The translations under genes were made by a program, and so were the position numbers. A stretch of DNA of 64,000 nt from Eledone cirrhosa (lineage: Eukaryota). The notes below the pieces were generated by a model. It was not told the DNA's origin. It made no database searches and saw only the letters and a list, made by a program, of their open reading frames with translations. Numbering within the stretch: position 1 is the stretch's first letter; each line of letters opens with the position of its first letter. Positions 28,874 through 39,742 of the stretch are shown here, piece by piece. Location of the stretch: assembly GCA_964016885.1 (NCBI GenBank), contig OZ024743.1:125488001-125552000 (forward strand), read 5' to 3'.

Positions 28874-29610
28874 GATATAGATATATATACATATATATAT
28901 ATAGCCTAGCAAAGTTCTTTCGTTGCACATCTGCAACATCATCAGTAGTACAATTATCATGTTTCCTCCTATTGTGTTGTATTGTAATGTTCACGCCATT
29001 TTTATTTTATTTATTTATTTATTTATTTTTGTCTCCGTCTCTGCGCATGCGTTTGCGTGTGTGTATAATGTTTGGTGTGTGTGTTCGCGTTTGGGTGTAT
29101 GTGTTTTGATTTTTGTATTCTATCTTTGTTTACTAGTGTGTGTTTATATGTGTTTGTTGTTATTGTACTTGTGTATATATTTATTTATATTTCTCTTAAG
29201 TCAGTATTGTTTGTTTGGGTATGGTTGTTGTTGTTATTCCATTCATTTTTTTTCTGTTTAACTTTGGTTTTCTAAGCTCTATTTCGCTAGCTTCTCTGAT
29301 TTGCCTACCCGTTGGGTCATATCTATGTTTAGATATTATTTTAATTTCTATGTTGTCTATGTTACCGTCATGTTTTTGTCTGGAGTGTTCGTATAATACT
29401 GTTCTGTTATTATTTCTGGCAATATTATTACAACAATATAACCCTCCCCAAGTATAACAATATTTGTTTCGACACACGATTTCATATCAAAAACGTTGCA
29501 AAAGAAATATATATATATATGTAGGAAGTGAGTTTTATTGTAGCACAATAAAGCAATGCAAATATTGGATAAGTAGCACTCTACAGTTTGTAGGACTGGA
29601 GTATATATAA

Positions 29611-29943
29611 TATAAGATCAAAAGATGGTTAAAAGATTTCCAAGTATTTTATTATGCGCATTTCAAAAACAAATAACATCATGAGATGATATCTGCGTTT
29701 TCATCAGATAAAATAGGGATACATGATACGAAGGTTAAAAAACACTTGTGAATAGTGAAGTTTTAAATCAACATATCATATGTTGATTTAAAACTTCACT
29801 ATTCACAAGTGTTTTTTAACCTTCATATCATGTATCCCTATTTTATCTGATGAAAACGCAGTTATCACCTCATGATGATATTTGTTTTTGAAATGCGCAT
29901 AATAAAATACTTGGAAATCTTTTAACCATCTTTTGATCTTATA
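29611..29943. repeat. Near-perfect 333-bp palindrome carrying two hammerheads (29645-29715 minus, 29839-29909 plus)
   Basis: Arms of 166 bp around a single C at 29777; TATTTTAT-CTGATGA-stem II-GAAA-TGCGCA-TA-ATAAAATA in each arm. Confidence 0.9.
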
Positions 29944-29951
29944 TATATATA

Positions 29952-30739
29952 TGGATGAATCTATATCCTGATTCTTTTTGAGTTGAGTTTAAATTATTTT
30001 TCCCACATCTTACGTTAACTATTTTTCCCATTTTGACGCTATAGTGACTTATATATTATGGAATACTGTTGGCTTTTTGCTACAATATTTTCTATACCTT
30101 TCATTTATATATTTATACTCGGATTTCTTTTCTAGAGTGCTTAAATTATTTGTGACCCAGTATTTAAAAAAAAAAACCGCGATAATATTGATTTTTGCTG
30201 AACTCCTTATTGTAGAGTTTTTTTCGGAATGTTTTTGACTGTTGTTTCTTGTAAACAAACATTTGTCTCATTCTGACGTCACCAGCCCTGTTTTTCCACA
30301 TGTGCGTTTTATTTTCATAATCACGCATGATGGTAAACTAGCCTGCTTTTAATTCCCTTTTTGGCATATTAATCAGTGAGTAATTTGGCTATCGAGTTGA
30401 GCTCTGCTGAGGATCGAATTCCAACCGTGACCATCTCCACTGAAAGTTTTCGTGAAATGGTCTTCAAGACTATACAGAGCATTTGTAGTTGTCCCAAATT
30501 GAAGGATGACTATTTTAAACTTTATTTTATCATGAGTTAAGGCTCTATTAATTTTTCCCTGGATTTCACTAAATTCTGTTGGATGAATCTATATCCTGAT
30601 TCTTTTTGAGTTGAGTTTGAATTATTTTTCCCACATCTTACGTTAACTATTTTTCCCATTTTGACGCTATAGTCACTTATATATTATGGAATACTGTTGG
30701 CTTTTTGCTACAATATTTTCTATACCTTTCATTTATATA

Positions 30740-30740
<1 letters not shown>
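29952..30740. repeat. About 160-bp direct repeat (29952-30112 and 30580-30740)
   Basis: GGATGAATCTATATCCTGATTC...CATTTATATA occurs twice, with few differences. Confidence 0.9.
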
Positions 30741-30807
<67 letters not shown>

Positions 30808-30854
30808 ATCAAAAGATGGTTAAAAGATTTCCAAGTATTTTACAAAAACAAATA

Positions 30855-31050
30855 TTTACAGCTGAGTAAACTGGAGCAATGTGAAATAAAGTGTCTTGCT
30901 CAAGGACACAACACATCACCCAGTCTGAGAATTGAACTCACAACCTTTCGATTGCAAGGTCAATATATATATATATATGAGGACGGGTGATGTGTTGTGT
31001 CCTTGAACAAGACACTTTATTTCACATTGCTCCAGTTTACTCAGCTGTAG
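30855..31050. mobile_element. SINE family 2 fold-back pair
   Basis: 30855-30920 is the near-exact reverse complement of 30986-31050. Confidence 0.85.
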
Positions 31051-31793
31051 AAATGAGATGATAGGGATTGGGGTCCCTATCATTCCACGGCAAAAAAGCA
31101 CCCAGCACTCACTGTAAATGAGGTTGGTGTTAGGAAGGGCATCCAGCTGTAGAAATCAAGCCAGAATCAGTTCCCGTCCTCCCACCCTTGCAAGCAGGGA
31201 AAAAGCGGACGTAAAATGAAATGATGATATATATATATAGCGGACGTAAAATGAAATGATGATATATATATATAGCGGACGTAAAATGAAATGATGATAT
31301 ATATATATAATATATATATATATATGTATATATACATACATACACACACACACATATATATATACATATATACATACATGTATATATATTGTACAGGTAT
31401 ATTTTATGATATATTTTTCTTATGTAATACTTAGTCTGACCTGTATAATGAATGACTAAGATTTTATTGAAAAAAGGAAATGAAAATTTCTGACATCAAT
31501 AATTTACCCATAATGTAATTGTTACAGGAAATAAAATTTGAGTTATGGATTTAGTTTCTTATTAACTTATGACTAAAGTATGGTTGACTACACTTGACCT
31601 AATGATAACGAAATTGGAACTATTGGCATTCATTCCATGCATTTCTCAAAAGCAATAGTGTCAAAACTGCAGCCTAGCCGAATGATTAAGAGGTTTGTTT
31701 CACAATTATAATATTCCAAGATCGATATATATATATATTCATTTCATTTTCATTTCATTTCATTTTACGTCCGCTTTTCCCTGCTTGCATATA

Positions 31794-34700
31794 TATCATC
31801 ATCATCGTTTAACATCTATCTTCCACTCTAGCATGTGTTAGACGGGAATTGTCCCACTTGAGGCAAGATTGGTCGGGTGACTGTGTCTCGCTTATATAGG
31901 ACTATCTGTCAGGTTTTCTATGGCTGGGTGCTCTTCCTAACACCAACCACATTTACAGTGTGGACTGGGAGTTTTTTACCGTGTTACCTACACGGCCACA
32001 TTACAGCGTGAACTGTGTTTTTTTGTTGTGACACTTACACAACCTCATTAGTTTGGACTGGATGTTGTGGTACCAACATAACTTTACAGTGAAAGAGTGG
32101 TGTTGGTGGGAGGATGGAGTAGGGGTGTATATTTGGTTAAGAGGTGCCTATTTACAGTAGGTTTTGCTTTGTACATAGGTAAGGCGGGTCTTCTGTATTA
32201 CTGTGTGGCGCCAAAGATCTCAGTCCAGTGACATTGTCTGAGAGAGGTGCAAGTGTGTAAGGTCAGAATTTATCAAATTGTCCCAGATTTTTCTGGGTCT
32301 ACCTACTCCGTAACTTCCATCAATTTTGATCACTCTGCACTTTTTTATACAGCTGTCGTCTGTCATGCGCATCACATGACCATACCAACATAGTTTTCTC
32401 TCAAGTAAACAGCATCTGATCTCTCTTATTCCTAATTTCTCACTTAGTTCATTTATGTTTTGCCATTCGCTACACATGCAACGGAGCATGCATGCTTCGT
32501 TCCTTCGTCTGCGCAGGTCCTCTGCACACAATGCCCATGTCTCACTGCCATGTAACATTGCTGTTTGTATACAGGCATCATACAATCTTTCATTTTTAGA
32601 GAGAAACCTTTTGTGGCCAACAGCGGTATAAGCTCTCTGAACTTTTTTCCATCCCGTTCTAACCCTGGCTACTGTACTTTCAGAGCAGCCTCCACCACTG
32701 CTGATTTTGTCACCCAGGTAACGGAAGGTGTCCACTATTTCTATAGAACCATCTGGGCAATAGAAGGAGCTAGTATCCTGTCTGCACTTGCTACTTATTG
32801 CACCTGCGCATCGGCACACATAAAATCTACGTTCTTAGATAGCTTACCTGTGATCCCACTACATCTTTTATATACCCATAGTTTGCAATTGGGACATAAA
32901 ATGGAATTTCTACCTACTCCTTTCCTACACACTGAGCATGGCCATTTCCCAGAGGGCACCTGTGCCCTATTTTCATTTCTACATACTAGAACTTTAGTCT
33001 TAGACAAGTTAACTTTAAAGCCTTTTGATTCTAGGCCATGCTTCCATGTTTGCAATTTCTTCTCTAGTTTCAGCTATGAGAGTTAGATTCAGCTATGAGA
33101 GTTAGATCATCTGCGCATAGAAGTTCCCCTGGGCAGCCAGTCTTAAACTCCTCTGTTATAGCCTGAAGGTGAATAATAAATAGGAGGGGGCTAAGGACAG
33201 AGCCTTGATGAACATCAACTTTTACGCTAAATTCTTCACTATATTCATTGTTAATTCTAACCTTGCTGATTGTTTCTTTATACATGGCTTGTATAGCTCT
33301 CACAAGCCATTCATCTACATGTAGTTTTCTAAGAGCCCACCAGATAATGGAGCGGGGGACTCTGTCAAAGGCTTTCTCCAAGTCAACAAAAGCTAAGTAG
33401 AGGGGTTTACTTTTAGCTAGGTACTTCTCCTGTAGTTGTTGTACAAGGAAAAGAGCGTCTGTGGTACTTTTACCTGACACAAACCTAAACTGCATTTCAT
33501 CTAGATCAATTCGATCTCTGATTAGTTGTGCTATAACTCTTTCTGTGGCCTTCATGACCTGGTCAACTAACTTAATGCCTCTATAGTTTCCCCTATCTAG
33601 AGCATCCCCTTTACCCTTGTAGCAGTTAATGATGATGATACTATGCCAATCATTTGGTATGACCCCATTCTGTATTACTTGGTTTACTATCCGGGTGACC
33701 ATTGTATGCCCCACCATTCCAGATGCTTTCAACATCTCAGCAACTATCTCCAAAGGCCCAACTGCCTTGCCTGTCGTCATATCTTTGATTGCCTTACTTA
33801 TTATACTACCTTTAACTTGCACAGCTGGTCCCTCTATTGGATCGATTTGGGGCAGACTATCTTTTTCCCATTTTTTCTCTTCATTTAGTAATCTCTCGTA
33901 GTGACACTTCCAAACTACCTTCTTATCAGTATCAGTGAGGGCAAGTACACCATCATCATTACAGACACACTTCTCCCCGACAATATCACGCTTTTCCTTG
34001 ACACATTGTCTTGCAATCCTGAACACCTCACGTTTTTGGTCCTCGAGTTGTAGAACATGCTTGGACTTTCTATCCTCTGCTTCCCTTCTTGCAAAGTACA
34101 CTTGTCTCCTAGCTTCTCTCCTGGCCACTTGATAGTGTTCTCTACTTTCCCCCCATACCCCCCATCCTGCCATACTTTCCAAGCCTGCTTTTTGGCCTTG
34201 ATTTTCTCCTCCACCTTACTGTTCCACCACCAAGTTACTTACCTCCTGCCTATAGGACAGCTCCAGTCACAGATTTCATCTGTCGCCTTCAGCAGGTTAA
34301 CTTTCAAGAATTCCCACTGTTCCTCAATATTGTATGTCTCTAATTGCTCTTCCTTACTGTCAAAAGCATCAAGTAATATACTTTTAGATTTGTTACTGGC
34401 TGTGGGGTCCTTCAACTTCCATATTCTTCTCCTCAGGGTAGTCCTCCTCTGTTGTCGAGTACGTCTAGTCCTGACTATGAGGCCACTAACTATGAGGCTA
34501 TGTTGGGAGGTGCATTCTTCACGGGGGAGGGATTTAGTATTTACAATAGACACTCTGTCACATCTTCTAGTAAAGGATATAATCTATCTGGCTGGTGTGT
34601 TCCCCTGATCTATAGGTGATCAAGTGATTGTCTCGTTTTTTGAAGTTTGTGTTACAGATAGTTAGGTTATTAGCATCACAGAATTCCAGGATTCTGAAGC

Positions 34701-35020
34701 CTCCCTCATTTCTAATACCAAATCCATAGCCTCCATGGATTCCGTCATAGCCATCACAATGTTGTTCAACATGACCATTTAGGTTGCCAGCAATAACTAT
34801 GCAGTCACTGTCGGTTATTTGGGAGGTAGTGAATATTAGCGACTCATAGAACCTGTCGTTTATAACATCAGGTAGGCCAGATTAGGGAGTGTAAGCGGAT
34901 ATTATTGTCACAGTAGTTCTATTTAGAACTAGTCTTATTTTAATTATTCTGTCGTTCACTCTATTTACGGCAATTACCTTATCTACCCATTTTTCTGCTA
35001 ACATAATTCCTACTTCATCC
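31794..35020 (-). mobile_element. Long RTE LINE (APE endonuclease + RT + 3'UTR), decayed
   Basis: IISAYTP, VIAGNLNGHV, GFGIRNEGG (APE); NYRGIKL, FVDLEKAFDRV, LCADD (RT); a short tandem duplication near 33070-33108 shifts the frame; (GAT)n tail. Confidence 0.95.
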
Positions 35021-35117
35021 AGATATATGTGAAAAGTAAATGGAAAAACACAAAGGAATGATACAGTACAATGAAGATATATATTAGTTTAATGCTTGAT
35101 ATAGTCAGAATAGTGTC

Positions 35118-35150
35118 TTAATGTTTCTAGCATTAGCTCCTCATCAGACG
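35118..35150 (-). ncRNA. Degenerate minimal hammerhead (same family as 9279 and 46637)
   Basis: CTGATGA-G-GAGC(TAAT)GCTA-GAAA-CA-TTA; shared downstream tail TCAAGCATTAAACTAATATAT. Confidence 0.55.
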
Positions 35151-35329
35151 ATAGAATAAGAGATAAAAGAAAAAATAGAAAGATAGACAAGAGTAAGAAG
35201 AGGAAAATAAAAAATTTCTTAGGGGAAGCATGTGTGTGTTTAGTCAGGCATTTTAGGTAATTGCAGGCTAGACTGTATATATATATATATATTTATAGAT
35301 ATATGTATAAATATATATATATATATCTA

Positions 35330-35511
35330 AAGTCTGTCTTAAGCCAGGAGGCTCGTTAGACTGGTGCTTATCCCAGTTTTAGCTGAGTATACTGGAGCAA
35401 CGTGAAATGAAGTGTTTTGCTCAAGAATACAACATGCAACCCAGCCCAGAAATCGAACCCATGACATTATGATTGTAAGTCCAACACCCTTGCCACTAGG
35501 CCACGCACCTC

Positions 35512-35513
<2 letters not shown>
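35330..35513 (-). mobile_element. SINE family 2
   Basis: GGAGGTGCGTGGCCTAGTGG...GGGTTCGATTTC tRNA-like head. Confidence 0.8.
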
Positions 35514-35541
<28 letters not shown>

Positions 35542-35542
<1 letters not shown>

Positions 35543-35618
35543 GTGGTGGAGTTCATAGAGGTGGCATGGAGGAGTTGTTATTTATCTCCTCCATGCCACC
35601 TCTATGAACTCCACCACA
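35542..35618. repeat. Perfect 33-bp stem hairpin with an 11-nt loop
   Basis: TGTGGTGGAGTTCATAGAGGTGGCATGGAGGAG and its exact reverse complement. Confidence 0.95.
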
Positions 35619-38600
35619 CTTGTCAAACATCCATTAGATAGAGAGTGCTTTTCAGTCAAGTCAATGACCAGCACACCTCCCTAATGCTGGTGCCACAATA
35701 AAACACACCCATAAAGTGGTTGGTGTCAGGAAGGGCTCCCAGTTGTAGAAACCAGGCTGAAAAGGGTTAAGAAAACATGACAACCTCTCTACTGCTGGTG
35801 CCATGAAAATTTTCTCCTAATACATCATGTTAGGGGGTCATGATAAGAAAAGGCATCCAACTGTAGAAATCATGCCCAAAGAAAAAGGGCTGAGAGGATT
35901 CTTCTGTAGTATCAAAGGCTCAAGAACGTTCTTCGTGTTGGTGCCACAAAAAATACATGGCGCACTCTGTAAATGCAAAATCAGTGACTCCAATTAAATA
36001 CTGACTTGCTTTTGTGATGACCCATTCAAACTTTCCTTGCAGGGAAAGCAGATGTTAAATGATGATAATGATGATGGGGATGTGTGTATAGACAAATGTT
36101 TCAGTCCAATGTTCCAAATCTATATATAAATCTGAGTGACTTCCGTCTATCACACAATGTGAATGTATGTGTGTTTGTGTGAATGTGTGTGTGTGTTTGT
36201 GTGAATGTATGTGTATTTGTGTGAATGAATGTCTGAGTATGTATTTTTGTAAGTGTGTCTGTATTTGTGCGTTTATATTTATATACTCATACATATAAAT
36301 GCTTGCATATGCACATACACACACATATACACATATGCGTCAGCATATGCACATATACACATATGCATCAGCATATTGAACAAAATTCTAGTATTTAAAA
36401 TGACAACACTATTGTTCTCTGGAACAATGGACACCTCTGGAACAGGAGGTTAGAATATTAAACCTAGCTGATAAAACAAAGGTTCCAGATTTCATCCCTG
36501 GCCCAGCTCAGAAATACAGAAGATCATTGGAGACAATGCCAGTTTAAATATGTCAACACATTTAAAATAAGGAAATAATTTGACAAACATCATTATAAGG
36601 TCATCCTGGGGAAACTATATAAACAATAGCACTTTTGACATTCACTTGAATCAAACTAAATCTTTTATGTTTAACCATTTGGTTGCCATATTTCTAATGA
36701 AGGCAGTGCCTTATAATTTTCAAATAATTTTAAAAATAAACAAGAACTTGAAGGGATTTAGTAAAATGATTAACTTTCTCATTATTAAGTTTGTATTTCA
36801 AACACAACTTAATAGAGATTTTCATATAAAATTATGATGGAAGGTCTTTAGATAAATATAAACACATAACACATTTGTAATGAAAATAATCAATAATTTG
36901 AAGGGAATTAGTAAAATAATTTACTCATTATTAAGCTTGTGATTGGAACACAACTTAACAGAAGTTTTCATAAAATTGTGACATTAGTTGAGTCTAATGC
37001 TAGCTAAAGATACATGATTAAAGGGTAGAGTAACTTCAACTCTGTGTATCTTGGTTTTAGCATTGGAACACATTCCTGTGTGTTGTAAGAGGTGACTAAG
37101 AGGGTTGATGATAGGAAGGCCATCTGGTTGTGAAACATTTCAACCCTCATTACCATATTTCTAATGAAAGACATTGACTATGATTTTCAAATAATTTTTA
37201 AAATAAGCAAGAATTTGAAGAGATTTATTAAAATAACATTCTCATTAAACTAATGTTTGGGACACAATAAAGTTTCCATATAAATTGTGATGTGGTTGGT
37301 GCTAGGTAGGACATCCAGAAACTGTAAAAACCCTGCCAAAACACTTCGAGCAAAGTATGACATAACCAACTGGCCAGACCTCTCTCATAACAAAACCACC
37401 CAGCTCCCAAAACACTGTACCACTATTAGCAGGGTATGGCACAGCCAACTGGCAAGATCCTCCTCATAATGGGACCACCCAGTTCCACACTGTAAAAGTG
37501 GTTGGTGTTAGAAAGGGCATCCAGCAGTAAAAACCCAGCCAAAATACAGTTCTGTTTGAGCAAGGTACTGCACAGCTAACCGGCCAGACTTGCCTCATAA
37601 CATGAACAAGCCATCTAACCCATGCTAGCATGGAAAAATAGATATTAAACAGTGATGATGATGATGTTGATGATGATAAACACTTTAAAACAAACAGTTA
37701 TGTATAGTATAAACAAGGGTGGTTTGGTATCAAAAGGGTTAACTTTTGTTTTCTTTCAGTCATTGTAAGAAAATGAAGTTATGTAGAAGAGACAGTGGTT
37801 TTCTTTATGTAATATATAAAACAAGTCTAAGAGAGAGAATTTTTTTCATCAATTTAAACAAAATATGTTTTCTTCTTCTTCTAATAGCCTAAATTAAGTT
37901 ATTCTATAATAGATACATAAATAAAAAGAATTATGTTTGTCTCACTGCCATAGATCATGGCACCTCTTACACATATAGCATATTCAATTCAGTTTCAAGC
38001 AATACCCCACTCCTGGTTAGTCTACCACTCAATTCCAAGAATTTCTTCAATGTGAATTTCATTCACCACTGTTGCCAAGTCTGATCCATTCATTATGTTT
38101 TCACAACTTCCATCTTCACTCTGTTTCCAAAAATCCATCTCGAGATTCCTTCCATATGCACCTCCCTCTCTATATACCTTAGTCAATAACTACATTTTTT
38201 ACAACACTCACCAAACGCACATTATACAAAACCCTTCCTGCACACTGTCCCTGTTATTTCCAACTCATCAAATGAATTACTTTTGTCATCACCATTGCCT
38301 TTCTGATATTCACCTTCATACTCTTTGCCTCCATATAATCCTTCCACTTATTCATCTTCTTCAAACCCTCCATGCTTTCTGCAAATCTAATGATAAACCC
38401 TCCTTTATGCTTTGAGCCAGCACCTTCAGGTTCAAGTTTGTCAACCTCCTTATGGTGGGCCCTGGAAACTGATCACTGATCTCGATCAGGTGAATGACAA
38501 CAACCTGAGACCAACTCATATGCAAGAAGGAAAAAAAGCCAGCGCCTCTGTCACAACTACAAATAGTAGTGGACTTAGTGCCAATCTCTAATGCACTCCA

Positions 38601-39282
38601 ACCTGCATTTTAAAATTATTATGTTTCCAGTCCTCTATCCTTATGCCTGAGCACATCCTCCAATACATTGCAATCACTGATCTAATTACTCATTCCTCCA
38701 CTCTTAACTCTCTCAACACCTATGTCACCACTTCACATGGAAGTCTATCAAAAGTGTTTTCCAAATCATCAAATTGGAGAAACTATTTCTTCTACTCCTC
38801 TAGTTTTTCTTGCCTTACAATAAAAATGGCATTAGCCACTTCCAGTCATCATCAACTTTTTGTTCATTCTAGTTACACTCACCATATTATCTACAAACTC
38901 TACAGAAATTAAAACACTTAACCTTCTGCATACCTTCCTTGCTTCAACTTGATTCCCCTATTTGAATTCTGGTGAGAATCCATAAGGGAGTACTTTGAGC
39001 TGTAACCCACGCATGTGTAATCATACTCATCGTGGTTCTTTCTTTTTTTTTTTTTTAGACAGTGTTTTACGGCTGAATACCTTTCGTTATCAAACCTCAA
39101 AACTAAAGCACACACAGTTAAGATTACACTACCCTTTAATCCAATATTACATTTATCTCCTGTGACTGTGACAGAATTAATTGCTTGATTTCTTTTCAAA
39201 TTAGAGCGAGATACCAACGGGTATCCAGTTTCTTTCTTTTTATGTCCTTTTCAACTGAAATGCGATATATGAAAAGCAGTTA

Positions 39283-39742
39283 CCGTATTTTCCGGCGTCG
39301 CAGACGCTACTTTTTCCCTCAAATAAGTTTCAAAAATCTACCATGGAGGCCGAAGGTTGTTTATTATTATTATTTGTTCAAATCCCGACGAGGTTATCTT
39401 TGCCTTTCATCCTTACGGAGTCGATAAAATAAAGTACCAGTAATTCACTGAGTAATTGCTGGCCTTGTGCCAAAAGTGGAAACAATTATTATTTGGCAGT
39501 ATCGGTAGAGGGTCGGACGCCATATTTTCCAGCAAAGAGTTATGGCCCTTTACCGTCTGAGTTCAAATCCCGCAGAGGTTAACTTTGCCTTTCATCCTTA
39601 CGGGGTCGATAAAATAAAGCACCAGTAATACACTGGGATAATTGCTGGCTTTGTGCCAAAAGTAGAAACAATTATTATTATTTTTATTTTTTTATTTTTG
39701 GTTGTCAAAATTAGAGTGCGTCTTCGTCGCCGGGAAATACGG
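39283..39742. mobile_element. Tc1/mariner-superfamily (pogo-like) MITE with two nested SINE family 1 copies
   Basis: TA|CCGTATTTTCCGGCG ... CGCCGGGAAATACGG|TA; SINEs at about 39376-39492 and 39492-39680. Confidence 0.75.

Noticed and set aside
38935-39000. Minus-strand exon candidate SKYSLMDSHQNSNRGIKLKQGR
   Set aside because: Short, poor polypyrimidine tract and no supporting neighbouring exons.
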